Virus record (IMG/VR): IMGVR_UViG_3300012920_000050
Coordinates: 1-55,410 of that record
DNA: 55,410 nucleotides
From: a virus
Taxonomy: Duplodnaviria > Caudoviricetes
Direction: 5' to 3' (one strand)
Under the pieces are notes generated by a model that had not been told where the DNA came from, did not search any database, and was given only the letters and a program-made list of their open reading frames with translations. This document shows positions 1 through 9,297 of this stretch, piece after piece. How positions within the stretch are numbered: the first letter of the stretch is position 1; each line of letters starts with the position of its first letter. A program made the position numbers and the translations under genes.

Positions 1-480
1 AGTCCGCTGATTACGGAACCAGATATTCCCGAAAGAAGCCTGTGGGTTTCGTTGTCGCTGTCTATTTCTACGTCGACATGAATGTCTTGAAGTCCGCTGA
101 TTACGGAACCAGATATTCCCGAAAGAAGCCTGTGGGTTTCGTTGTCGCTGTCTATTTCTACGTCGACATGAATGTCTTGAAGTCCGCTGATTACGGAACC
201 AGATATTCCTGAAAGAAGTCTGTGGGTTTCGGTATCATGGTCAAGGTCTACCCCAATATGGATATCATTAAGACTACCTGTCAGGACTCCAGATATACCT
301 GAAAGTATTCTGTTTGTCTCTGAGTTGTCTACATTTACCTCGAGTTCAGTTAGCTCGCCAGATATTCCAGAAAGTAATCTATGTGTTTCCTCGTCGTAAT
401 CAAGGTCAACTCCTATATGTATGTCTTGAAGCCCACTGATTACAGAGCCTGAGATTCCAGATAAAATTCGGTTTGTCTCT
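1..480. repeat. 90-bp coding tandem repeat (30 aa)
   Basis: 1-90 and 91-180 are identical, the third copy is identical over 181-209, and degenerate or shortened copies extend to about 480. Confidence 0.95.
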
Positions 481-656
481 GCACTTTCGCCGGATATACC
501 TATTAACTCGTCGGTTATTTCCGTAAAAGTTAAAGGTTCCCATCTACCAGATAGGCTATTCCACTTATATTGAAAGGTTGGTTGAGGCGACAGGTGGTCA
601 AGCCTCGTGATATCGTAATACAGTGGGTTGTTTTTGTAATCTTCTGGAACGTGCAT
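1..656 (-). CDS. SG-rich tandem-repeat protein, probably virion structural; truncated at the window edge and absent from the ORF track
   Basis: ATG at 656 (MHVPEDYKNNPLYYDITRLDHLSPQPTFQYKWNSLSGRWEPL...) stays open to the left edge; repeats ETHRLLSGISGSVISGLQDIHVDVEIDSDN; GTGTA motif 12 nt upstream. Confidence 0.85.
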   Translation of the reverse strand, partial: MHVPEDYKNNPLYYDITRLDHLSPQPTFQYKWNSLSGRWEPLTFTEITDELIGISGESAETNRILSGISGSVISGLQDIHIGVDLDYDEETHRLLSGISGELTELEVNVDNSETNRILSGISGVLTGSLNDIHIGVDLDHDTETHRLLSGISGSVISGLQDIHVDVEIDSDNETHRLLSGISGSVISGLQDIHVDVEIDSDNETHRLLSGISGSVISG

Positions 657-666
657 AACAGAAGAT

Positions 667-673
667 ATTACAC
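667..673 (-). promoter_or_regulatory. GTGTA(A/T) putative late promoter motif
   Basis: GTGTAAT on minus strand, 12 nt before ATG 656; recurs at nine other structural-gene starts (one with a mismatch). Confidence 0.6.
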
Positions 674-680
674 AGAAAAG

Positions 681-1025
681 TTAGTCTCTGTCTAGGTGGT
701 GCTTTACACCGTTTCTCTTTTTGCTATATTCTTTGAAGTATTTTTTTTGAACAGGGTCATAACCTAGTTTATTTTTTCTTTTTTCGCTCATTTCTCTGCT
801 TCTATCCAATAGCTCTCCGTAGGAGCCTTTTGTTTTTCCTGTTTTTTCTATAAACTGTTTATTATCAAAGGGATCTATATCTCCGTCTATATTTGTGTTG
901 GGGGAATGAAACACTCTTTTCCACTCTACTCCGTCTTCATCTATATATACGTGCACTTCATTCATTGATTGTAGTACATCCTTACATTCTTCAGACTCTG
1001 GGTGTTGGTATGTATATAAAGGCAT
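681..1025 (-). CDS. FmdB-like small protein (zinc-ribbon-like N-terminus, Cys ligands largely missing)
   Basis: MPLYTYQ start and WKRVFHSPN pattern typical of phage FmdB-like proteins. Confidence 0.6.
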   Translation of the reverse strand: MPLYTYQHPESEECKDVLQSMNEVHVYIDEDGVEWKRVFHSPNTNIDGDIDPFDNKQFIEKTGKTKGSYGELLDRSREMSEKRKNKLGYDPVQKKYFKEYSKKRNGVKHHLDRD

Positions 1026-1027
1026 AA

Positions 1028-2104
1028 TTATTTTTGTTTTATTATTTCTAATATAGAGTTTAATGTACTTTCATATGTAAGCTTTTCTTTTAACTCTTCT
1101 CCTTTTGTGTTTACACTTTTACATTTACTTTCTGCCAGTTCCATTGACGAAATTAATTCATCTTCGTCAAAAGTATAAATATTACCTTGGTTAAATTCTG
1201 ATCCTTCCTTGAAAAATATTTTATCATATACAGGCTCTTTTCCTGAGGGATCGATTAGGATGCAATTATCTTGCGTTGCCCAGTCTTTGTGTCCAGTGCA
1301 GTTCAGAACTATACTCCATTTTCCTAAGCAGGTTGCATTAAAAGAGGGAAGATTCCAGCCTTCTGCTCCGCTCATTCCACCTAAATCAATATCTATTGCG
1401 TTAAGATAATCATTAACCTGCGAGTTTTTTGGTAAGAAGGGGAGAAAGTTAACGTTGCCAAAGTTTTTTCTTTCTGTAATTTGAGCTATGGAAGCCTCCA
1501 TTTGGTCTTTCTTGTAAAATGGATTTGTTATACAGCATGTTAATTGGTATTTATAGTTGTTTCCGTATTTTTTTATCCAACTTTTGATTATTTTTTCTGT
1601 ATGTTTTCTTTTTTCTAGTTTACCCATTATTCCGAAGTGAATCTTGTCCTCTAGATACTTTTTTCCTGTTTTAAAAAAAGATTTATCAAAACCTAGTGGT
1701 ACGTGATGGGCGTTGTCCCCGAAAATTTTTGAAGAAGATGAGTTGCTAAAAATTACATTATTTTGTAGGTCAGCTAAAGACCTTTCTGTTTTAGTGGGCT
1801 TGTCTAATTCATAAAATGTAAAAAGAGTCTGGCTGGGAGAGATTCTGTTCTCTGAACCATTTAGGTGCCATAACTGCAAGGTGTGTTGATCTGTAGAAAC
1901 TCTTTCAAATCTATTATTTATAGATTCTTCTATCCATTTTTTGAAGGAAGGGTCAATTGGGTTAAATGAAGAAACATCTGGGTTGCCTATTGGGAATATT
2001 GAAATCTCCATATTTTTATTGAACATCTCTCTCAATAGATTAAAAGAAACGTTCCCAAAAGAAAGGGAGTTTAGGGGCCCTTTATATATTAGGTTTTTCA
2101 TCAA
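1028..2104 (-). CDS. GT-B glycosyltransferase (GT4-like)
   Basis: VPLGFD, GIMGKLEKRKH, SGAEGWNLP (E-x7 donor-binding loop). Confidence 0.8.
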   Translation of the reverse strand: MMKNLIYKGPLNSLSFGNVSFNLLREMFNKNMEISIFPIGNPDVSSFNPIDPSFKKWIEESINNRFERVSTDQHTLQLWHLNGSENRISPSQTLFTFYELDKPTKTERSLADLQNNVIFSNSSSSKIFGDNAHHVPLGFDKSFFKTGKKYLEDKIHFGIMGKLEKRKHTEKIIKSWIKKYGNNYKYQLTCCITNPFYKKDQMEASIAQITERKNFGNVNFLPFLPKNSQVNDYLNAIDIDLGGMSGAEGWNLPSFNATCLGKWSIVLNCTGHKDWATQDNCILIDPSGKEPVYDKIFFKEGSEFNQGNIYTFDEDELISSMELAESKCKSVNTKGEELKEKLTYESTLNSILEIIKQK

Positions 2105-2478
2105 AAAGGAATATCCGCGAATTCATCCTCCTCCTCCACTTTCTGGGGAGTTTCTTTTTTGCCCTCTTGATTTTGTTGGTTATCGCTAAGAAATGTAACG
2201 TTATCCGCTGAGCAGAAGATTTTGCTTCTATTTTCACCCTCCTTACTTTTCCATGAGTTTAATTTTAATCTACCCTCAACTAGAACCTTCCTTCCTTTGC
2301 TTAGGAATCTATTGCAGTTTTCTGCGGTTTTGTTCCAAGTCTCTATGTCTATATAAATTACCGACTTATCAATGTTGCTGTTTATGGCTATACTGAAAGT
2401 ACACACCTTTTTATCTCCTTTAACTTCTTTAAATTGCGGGTCTGCCGTGAGATTACCCATTCCTATGAATTTATTCAA
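2101..2478 (-). CDS. ssb: single-stranded DNA-binding protein
   Basis: GNLTADP, LSKGRKVLVEGRL, acidic C-terminal tail EFADIPF. Confidence 0.95.
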   Translation of the reverse strand: MNKFIGMGNLTADPQFKEVKGDKKVCTFSIAINSNIDKSVIYIDIETWNKTAENCNRFLSKGRKVLVEGRLKLNSWKSKEGENRSKIFCSADNVTFLSDNQQNQEGKKETPQKVEEEDEFADIPF

Positions 2479-3070
2479 ATTTAATATCCTCCTTTAATTC
2501 GTTTCTTATGTATGATACTGCTGAGTTGTGGATGTTGATGCATCCTTGAATGCTTAATTGTAATTTTTTTCCTATTTTTTTCCAAGGCATAACCTTATTT
2601 TTTGAACCCTTTATGTATCTCATCTCGAAAATTTCCGCGACCCTACTGTCTGGATGGCTCGAAATAATAGATAGAACCTTGTTAAATAAGTCGTTTTCAA
2701 TTGTACTTGATATGTTCTCTTCGGATTCTTGCTCGATATTTATATTTTCTATAAAATCTACCGTAGTAAGAGGTTTTCTTTTGTTTCTATTATATGTGTT
2801 TAGACACATCCATTTTGTCTCGTTTCCTAGGTACGTGCTAAATTTAGTCCCCCTAGAGCTGTCGAACTTTAGCGCAGCCTCATATATTTTGTAATTTTTA
2901 TCCTCTATTAATTCGGCTCGATCAATAAACGGGCTCGTGGTAGAAGAGAATGAATTCACCATCTCTAGATATATTCCGCTATGCCTATCGATGAGCTCTC
3001 CTAGGCTTTCATTTTGTTTTTTACTTGATTTTATATTTAAAATCAATTGTTCGTCACTTAGATTCTTCAT
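2471..3070 (-). CDS. phage-encoded sigma-70-family RNA polymerase sigma factor
   Basis: Region 2 motif AALKFDSSRGTKFSTYL; region 4 HTH IFEMRY...MPWKKIGKKLQLSIQGCINIH; N-terminal LSDEQLI. Confidence 0.85.
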   Translation of the reverse strand: MKNLSDEQLILNIKSSKKQNESLGELIDRHSGIYLEMVNSFSSTTSPFIDRAELIEDKNYKIYEAALKFDSSRGTKFSTYLGNETKWMCLNTYNRNKRKPLTTVDFIENINIEQESEENISSTIENDLFNKVLSIISSHPDSRVAEIFEMRYIKGSKNKVMPWKKIGKKLQLSIQGCINIHNSAVSYIRNELKEDIKFE

Positions 3071-3620
3071 TGTTAATTATTTTATTTAAAATTCTTTTTA
3101 CTTGAGAGGTCACTATCTCTATGTTTTCTTCAGAAAAGTTATCCCAGTGAAGTTCGTGTTTTGAACTTTTCTTGAGAATTGGGTCATTAATCTCCTCTTC
3201 TTTATTTGGGGGCACTATACCTGTTCTCTGGACGTGAACTGTATGTCCCCCCAGGGAGTGAACCCAGTCTATTTCATTTTGGTATCTAACGTCTGTTATG
3301 AAAATCATACCTTCGTTTTGGTTGCCGAGCTTAGACTCAACCTTATCTATCCAGCATCTTTTGTTAAGCTTTCTTCTTATGTGTGTTCCGTACGTAACTA
3401 GGAAAGGTCTAATTATCTCCTTTTCTGAGTTGATTTCCGTAAACGCAGATATACCTGTGTTTTTACTTAAAAAGTCATCGCATTCATTTTTTAATTCATC
3501 CGCAAAAGCCAACCTTCTTGTTTTTCGATTGTATCCAAGCTTTGGCAATAGCTCTTTGGACATTAAATAGAGAGAATCTTTTCCTGATCTCGCTAAACCA
3601 CTAATTCCTACTATCTTCAT
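3054..3620 (-). CDS. deoxynucleoside monophosphate kinase
   Basis: P-loop GLARSGKD, LAFADELK, ITDVRYQNE. Confidence 0.85.
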   Translation of the reverse strand: MKIVGISGLARSGKDSLYLMSKELLPKLGYNRKTRRLAFADELKNECDDFLSKNTGISAFTEINSEKEIIRPFLVTYGTHIRRKLNKRCWIDKVESKLGNQNEGMIFITDVRYQNEIDWVHSLGGHTVHVQRTGIVPPNKEEEINDPILKKSSKHELHWDNFSEENIEIVTSQVKRILNKIINNEESK

Positions 3621-3622
3621 TA

Positions 3623-3943
3623 TTAGGCTCCAAATATAAATTTAACGTTACTTGACAGTTCATGAAGGCCTGCGTTCGCCAACATCCTTGACACAGAATG
3701 GTATTCTATATAGTCTGCTTCTACTTCACTGAAATATAATTCTTGCCTACTTTCGTAGTCTAGGTTTTCTATCTTTTCTGATATTATTACTGAAGACAAT
3801 TTTAATTTCTTGCCCTCTTTATCAAGTTTTTTTGTTAATGCCCGAGTGCACGCCTCTTGGCTTGAGTCAGCCTGTATGACTACTGCCCAGTCTGCGCATT
3901 TTATGACATACGCGTTTGTTTTACTTAAGTCTATAAATGACAT
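3623..3943 (-). CDS. hypothetical protein
   Basis: ORF track 3623..3961; start moved to ATG 3943 (MSFIDLSK) because the upstream part overlaps the -10 box of the promoter. Confidence 0.7.
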   Translation of the reverse strand: MSFIDLSKTNAYVIKCADWAVVIQADSSQEACTRALTKKLDKEGKKLKLSSVIISEKIENLDYESRQELYFSEVEADYIEYHSVSRMLANAGLHELSSNVKFIFGA

Positions 3944-3951
3944 AGTGATAG

Positions 3952-3980
3952 ATTCTAGCATTTTAATAGAGAATTGTCAA
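3952..3980 (-). promoter_or_regulatory. sigma-70-type promoter (leftward)
   Basis: TTGACA (3980-3975), 17-nt spacer, TAGAAT (3957-3952); ATG 8 nt further on. Confidence 0.8.
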
Positions 3981-4083
3981 GCTCATATTATATATATTTA
4001 ATATAAAATATATTAACCATGTCTATAGTAATAACAACATACAGTTTTTTGAATGCACGCCATACATTTTTTTGTATTTACTA

Positions 4084-4112
4084 TTGACTTATTGCAGTTA
4101 TTTCCATATAAT
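4084..4112 (+). promoter_or_regulatory. sigma-70-type promoter (rightward)
   Basis: TTGACT (4084-4089), 17-nt spacer, TATAAT (4107-4112); ATG at 4122. Confidence 0.85.
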
Positions 4113-4121
4113 AGCAAAACG

Positions 4122-4445
4122 ATGAGAAAATTCATACAAACACCAATGGTGATACAAGACGATGTATTAATGGGAAGACTAATAGGGAATGATTTAGTTG
4201 TGTATAACTATCTCGCAATCAAAGGGGCGCACGGAAAACCCTTTTTCTTTTCGAACCAACGAATAGGGGATGATCTAGGAGGCATGTCTTACGGCAAGGT
4301 TTCTGCTAGCCTAAACAGACTAGCAAGAGCCAGACATATCAAAAGAGTCAAAACGTGCAACAAGACCTCCACCCAGCTACTAACATTTGTAAGCCCAGAT
4401 AAAAAACTTAAAGTTAGGGGAACTGATTATGAAAATATCGGTTAG
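4122..4445 (+). CDS. winged helix-turn-helix DNA-binding protein
   Basis: LVVYNYL...SNQRIGDDLGGMSYGKVSASLNRLARARHIKR; start revised from 4053 to 4122 on promoter position. Confidence 0.7.
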   Translation: MRKFIQTPMVIQDDVLMGRLIGNDLVVYNYLAIKGAHGKPFFFSNQRIGDDLGGMSYGKVSASLNRLARARHIKRVKTCNKTSTQLLTFVSPDKKLKVRGTDYENIG

Positions 4446-5388
4446 AATGGAAGGGGGGCTAGGAGACCACCTCCTAGCGAACAGGTTCATTCCCGCAATT
4501 AAAGAGCAGTGGCCTGGCTGTAAAATTGATCTATGGTCAGATACAGAGGGAAATAAATTTCAATCAGACGTACTCAATAAGATGTGGCCATCCCATTTTA
4601 ATGACACTTTTGTTTTAGAAGAGAAAAGGTACAAAAGCTTAAAAATTAAATCTTCAAATTTTCCAGAGGAAGATTACCGAGGGTCAATAAAAAACGTTAA
4701 ACCGACAGACCTCAAACTAATGGAAGGCGCTTACGATAAATTTTATGATCTCCATATAGATTCTCTCGAGTGGATGAACTATGATTTCGATTGGTTCAAA
4801 CACTTTCAGGTTTTCCCTACCCCAGAAAACAAAGGAAGAATGTTTTACCCCAATGCAATGTTTCCAGATAAATTTATATTAGCGCATCTTTATGCAAGAG
4901 ACGACGCAGATTCAAACATGGAAGATTGGTATATAGAAAAACTAGTAAAAAGCATTACTCAAGAGTTTGACATGATAATTCTGTACAATGAAGAGTCGGA
5001 ACATAAGTACGAAAAACTAATGTCTCAAAACATTGACAGGCTCCACTTCATGGATGAGACGGTTATTTCTATTTTTGATATTTCTTCAAGATGCACAGCA
5101 ATGCTGGCTATCGATTCCGGAATCAGATATATTCCATACCATTACGGCAAGCCAGTTTTTACATTCTCAAAATACTGCACTCAATATGGAGTAGTTCAGT
5201 ACTCATATCTAATAAGATGGTTGCTTAATGACAGATATGTATTACCCCTTCATTATGACGTAAGCAGCGCAGGGACAATGTTAAAAAATTGTTTAAGAAA
5301 CCCCGCTTACAGGCTTTATCCTCACCTATTAGACGACATCGAAAGGCTGGTTGCCCAGAGAGATATTACAGAGTACATAACGGAATGA
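4429..5388 (+). CDS. GT-B glycosyltransferase (GT9/heptosyltransferase-like)
   Basis: GGLGDHLLA N-terminal loop; AIDSGIRY...YGKP C-terminal motif. Confidence 0.7.
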   Translation: MKISVRMEGGLGDHLLANRFIPAIKEQWPGCKIDLWSDTEGNKFQSDVLNKMWPSHFNDTFVLEEKRYKSLKIKSSNFPEEDYRGSIKNVKPTDLKLMEGAYDKFYDLHIDSLEWMNYDFDWFKHFQVFPTPENKGRMFYPNAMFPDKFILAHLYARDDADSNMEDWYIEKLVKSITQEFDMIILYNEESEHKYEKLMSQNIDRLHFMDETVISIFDISSRCTAMLAIDSGIRYIPYHYGKPVFTFSKYCTQYGVVQYSYLIRWLLNDRYVLPLHYDVSSAGTMLKNCLRNPAYRLYPHLLDDIERLVAQRDITEYITE

Positions 5389-6176
5389 AAGTAGCATTAT
5401 GGTTTAGCGGAAAACTGGGTGATTGGGAGGAGTCGTCTACCTCAATCGTTGAGAATATCATCTACCCATTAAAGCCAGACATTTTCGTCACAACCTGGGA
5501 TGATCAAGCTTCTTACGATTTCTGCCAATACTACAATCCTGTAAAACGACAGATCTTAAACTTTAAACAAACAATGAACCTCCTTGGTCCTACAGATAAG
5601 CTTCCGTGCCAGCCCAACGCAGGACTAATTCCCATGTTAGCAGGGATAAAAGCTTCAAATACTATATTTCAAAACTATGCATTATTAAAAAAAATCAATT
5701 ACGATCTAGTAATTAGATTAAGACCTGATGTTCAGGTATTAGAACAAATAAAAATTCACGAAATAAAAGATTGCCTAAAAAACAGGCACATCAGACTTCC
5801 ACTATTCGAAAGCACAAACATATATGACCACGAGGCAGAAATGAAAAAAGAATTCAGCTTTAGCTTCGTATACGATAAAGCCTCATTACCTAACCAAATT
5901 AACGATCAGCTAGCCATCGGGCACCCTGACCAAATGAACAAGTACGCAAATTGCCTATCAAGCGTAGCCACTGCAATTAAAGTTATGTGGGACAACGGCT
6001 ACCCAGAATACATGATAAAAGTTCCCGAGTCAGTAATGACAATGTGTCTAAATATACAGCAATGCAAATACAAACAACTAACAGGAACAAATTCATTTGG
6101 TAATATAAAAACAATATTATGCAAAGACGGAAAAAAATGGAGAAACAAAGGGCATAACTCCATTATACAAAAATGA
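5385..6176 (+). CDS. putative GT-A glycosyltransferase
   Basis: MKVALWFSG, DIFVTTW, YDLVIRLRPD, INDQLAIG, PE motifs; ATGA overlap supports the start at 5385. Confidence 0.65.
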   Translation: MKVALWFSGKLGDWEESSTSIVENIIYPLKPDIFVTTWDDQASYDFCQYYNPVKRQILNFKQTMNLLGPTDKLPCQPNAGLIPMLAGIKASNTIFQNYALLKKINYDLVIRLRPDVQVLEQIKIHEIKDCLKNRHIRLPLFESTNIYDHEAEMKKEFSFSFVYDKASLPNQINDQLAIGHPDQMNKYANCLSSVATAIKVMWDNGYPEYMIKVPESVMTMCLNIQQCKYKQLTGTNSFGNIKTILCKDGKKWRNKGHNSIIQK

Positions 6177-6931
6177 AGATAGAAAAAATATTATTTTGCA
6201 TAGCAACTAATGGCAAAAAAATTAAGAAAACAAAATTTTTAATAAAATCAATTCTACTGAGCGCAACGAAAGGAAATGCGACAGCAAAGATAAACTTATG
6301 CGGGCATGTAGAACCTTTCTTAAAAGAAAAAAATGTAAATTTAATAGAAGCCAGATCTGATGCAGAAAATGGAATGTTATCGAAACTAAGATTTCTTGCC
6401 TCAGAAAACCAAGACGCAGACGTATTTGTTTTTGTTGATGACGATTTTGTTTTCCCTCCTTATTGGATCGAGAGATTGATAAACTACACTCAACAAAAAG
6501 AATGGAACATAGTCGGCAATAAAATCTTACTGCCAAACGGACACAGATTTTGGGACAGATGTACCCGCAATCCGCACAGAATGGTATCATACAACCATAA
6601 CGAAGATGACGACACTCTATATCAAACAGGAGGCTTTTGGGTTATTTCTAGAAAGTGTTTCAACGATTTGAAATGGGACCCCTCTATACCTATAAATGCA
6701 GACAGAAAAGGTTTTGCGCATAACGAAGACGTAGATATGAGTATAAGGGCATACAGCAAAGGATTCAAGATATCTTTTGATGAAAAAAATACAGTATGGC
6801 ATAATGATTTATCGTACATACAAACAGGACAAGTAATATCCAGAATCTATGTAAATTTTAATCAGTATAATTTCAATAAAGAATTTTTAGAATACCTAAA
6901 AGAAATTCACGAATCAGAAATAGCAACATGA
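6173..6931 (+). CDS. GT2-family glycosyltransferase
   Basis: FVFVDDD (DxD), TGGFWVI, NEDVDMSIR, VWH. Confidence 0.8.
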   Translation: MKIEKILFCIATNGKKIKKTKFLIKSILLSATKGNATAKINLCGHVEPFLKEKNVNLIEARSDAENGMLSKLRFLASENQDADVFVFVDDDFVFPPYWIERLINYTQQKEWNIVGNKILLPNGHRFWDRCTRNPHRMVSYNHNEDDDTLYQTGGFWVISRKCFNDLKWDPSIPINADRKGFAHNEDVDMSIRAYSKGFKISFDEKNTVWHNDLSYIQTGQVISRIYVNFNQYNFNKEFLEYLKEIHESEIAT

Positions 6932-7644
6932 ATAATCAAAGCACAATATTAGTAATGGGAAACGGGCCATCCCTAAAGCACATAGACTTCAACAAACTCA
7001 AAGATATCGACACCTTTGGCCTTAATTCTGCATACAGGGCTTATTACAGAATGAACTGGTGGCCAACCTACCATGGTTGCTTTGACTACAGAGTGACAGA
7101 AAGCCATAAAGAAGAGTTTAAGAAGCTAACTCTTGGAAACAACCCAATCAAAAGATTTTTCTACCTACAAAAAGTTAGCGACTCAGAGAGGTTAACTAAA
7201 ATAACACTGAACAGATCTTCTGGAAGCTTTTCCCAGGGCCCTATTTGGCAAAACAGCGAAACTGATTTTGATAAATTTAACGACGGAGGCAACTCAGGAG
7301 TTAACGCTTGCAGAGTCTCTGTATGCATGGGGTATAAAAGAATTATACTTGCTGGAGTAGATTGTAATTATCAGGAAATAATAGATGGTGCAAGCTTAAA
7401 AAAAACCGGAACCTCAGACTTTCTACAAATGGAAAAAACCCCAGAAGTTAATCCCAATTACTGGTTTGACGACTACCAACAAAAAGGAGATATTTTTAAC
7501 GTACCAAGAACAAATGTCTTCCAGAGACCTGGGTGGGAAACCCTTTCTAGGCAAGCTAAAAATGAAGGTATTGAAATAATAAATTGCAGCAAAGGAACCA
7601 AACTTACATGTTTTCCAATAAAAGATATTAAAGAGGTGATCTAA
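6928..7644 (+). CDS. DUF115/Maf-like (sialyltransferase-like fold) protein
   Basis: ILVMGNGPSL, TFGLN, NSG, MGYKRIILAGVD, IINCS. Confidence 0.75.
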   Translation: MNNQSTILVMGNGPSLKHIDFNKLKDIDTFGLNSAYRAYYRMNWWPTYHGCFDYRVTESHKEEFKKLTLGNNPIKRFFYLQKVSDSERLTKITLNRSSGSFSQGPIWQNSETDFDKFNDGGNSGVNACRVSVCMGYKRIILAGVDCNYQEIIDGASLKKTGTSDFLQMEKTPEVNPNYWFDDYQQKGDIFNVPRTNVFQRPGWETLSRQAKNEGIEIINCSKGTKLTCFPIKDIKEVI

Positions 7645-7648
7645 GCCT

Positions 7649-8632
7649 ATGAGGATTATAATAAAAAGAAAGAAAAAAGTTAAGGCTGAAGAAAAACCGC
7701 CACCACAAAAAAATAATACAAAAACAAAAAAAGATAAAAAACCAAAGAAAGTCGCCCCAAAGAAGGAGAAAAAAAATAAAATTTTACATAATCCATCAAA
7801 AAGGAAATATAATTCAAAAGACCTAAGTAACTTTTCTATAATAATACCATTTAGACATACAAAATTAAGAGAAAGGCTACTTTATAAAGTATTGGAATTT
7901 CTTAGAAAAAACTTTGACCCCGAGATCATAATCGCAGAGCATGACTATAAACAAAACATAAATAAGTCAGATATAGAAAAAAAATTTAATGTAAAATATT
8001 TTTTTATAAAAGCCGAAAAAGATGAACTATTCGACAGAACGGGTTGCCTAAATTTTTTAATACAAAAAACTTCAACGCAAGTAGTATTTAATCACGATTC
8101 AGATTGCATACTAGACCCAAGCTGCTACCTGTTAGCTAAAGATTTAATTCTAGCAAACAAATATGATGTAGTAATACCTTATTGCGGAGAAGGTTTTAAT
8201 GTTTCTGAAAATTTTGAAATGAATGGTTCAGACAAAAACATACTTTACTTGAGGTGGGAATGTGCAAGAGGAGGAATTATTGCCATTGATAGAGAAAAAT
8301 ACATAAAAGCAGGAATGGAAAATCCAAAAATAAAATCCTGGGGCTTCGAAGATTTTGAAAGAATTTATAGATTCTCAAAATTACGATATAGGATATGCGC
8401 AACAAAGCTTCCAGAGGTTTCTCACTTTTCGGAAAAGTTTTTTAAAAAGAAATACCTATACCACTTCGACCACGACTCCGATAGAGACGAAAACAGCAAC
8501 AAGAATCCGCATATAGAATCCAATGAAAAGATCTCGAATAAAATCAGGTCCATGAGCAGAGCAAGTCTCCAAAAAGAAATAGACTCTTGGTTAGGGAAAA
8601 ACAAACCTGAAGCACAATTCAAATTTAAATGA
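7649..8632 (+). CDS. GT2/GT7 (galactosyltransferase-like) glycosyltransferase with Lys-rich N-terminus
   Basis: SIIIPFR, NHDSD, GG, WGFEDFE, LYHFDH. Confidence 0.8.
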   Translation: MRIIIKRKKKVKAEEKPPPQKNNTKTKKDKKPKKVAPKKEKKNKILHNPSKRKYNSKDLSNFSIIIPFRHTKLRERLLYKVLEFLRKNFDPEIIIAEHDYKQNINKSDIEKKFNVKYFFIKAEKDELFDRTGCLNFLIQKTSTQVVFNHDSDCILDPSCYLLAKDLILANKYDVVIPYCGEGFNVSENFEMNGSDKNILYLRWECARGGIIAIDREKYIKAGMENPKIKSWGFEDFERIYRFSKLRYRICATKLPEVSHFSEKFFKKKYLYHFDHDSDRDENSNKNPHIESNEKISNKIRSMSRASLQKEIDSWLGKNKPEAQFKFK

Positions 8633-9297
8633 AAATTTTAATATTTACAGACTCAAGAGGAAACCATAAAGCAACATTTAGAGAAAGTCTTATTTTTCCC
8701 GAAAAATTATCAAACGAATACTCCTGTGATCTACATCTATGCCCATATAAATGGACAACAACATTTGATTTTATAAAACTTATCGAAGAAAGCAAAATCA
8801 ACCCAAATATATACGATAGAATTATATTGTATACCGGAGTTGTAGAGTTTTCGCCAAGAAACATGTCAAACTTTAAAGAATGTATGTCAGATAAAATAGT
8901 TTTCTTAAAGTCTTTCCTGGGAGAGTATCTCGATTTAAAAACTAAATACGAAACAAGGTATAGAAACGAAGAAACAAAAAGCCTTGTAACCATAAAGGCC
9001 TACGAGAATAAAGTGATACCTTACTTACAACAACTCAATGAAAAGCTGATACTGATTAACACCAATAATATCGCAAAAAACTGGGAAGGAAATTATATAA
9101 AAGTAAATCCAGAAGGTAGACCTAAAAATATAGATATAGTCGGCAAATACTCCGAAAAAACTTTGGGAAAATTTGACAGACTCGTCGATCTACTAAAATG
9201 GAATGAGGGCGAAATAAAAAAATATACAGTAGATAATATGCACCTGACCCATGCAGGATCAGAATATATCTACAATGAAATATTAAAATATTTATAA
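8629..9297 (+). CDS. SGNH/GDSL-fold protein (acyltransferase or esterase)
   Basis: IFTDSRG block I, TGVVE, C-terminal DNMH (DxxH). Confidence 0.6.
   Translation: MKILIFTDSRGNHKATFRESLIFPEKLSNEYSCDLHLCPYKWTTTFDFIKLIEESKINPNIYDRIILYTGVVEFSPRNMSNFKECMSDKIVFLKSFLGEYLDLKTKYETRYRNEETKSLVTIKAYENKVIPYLQQLNEKLILINTNNIAKNWEGNYIKVNPEGRPKNIDIVGKYSEKTLGKFDRLVDLLKWNEGEIKKYTVDNMHLTHAGSEYIYNEILKYL

Noticed and set aside
1-270. Direct repeats as a CRISPR array
   Set aside because: The 90-bp units are contiguous, have no unique spacers, keep the reading frame of an ORF, and there are no cas genes
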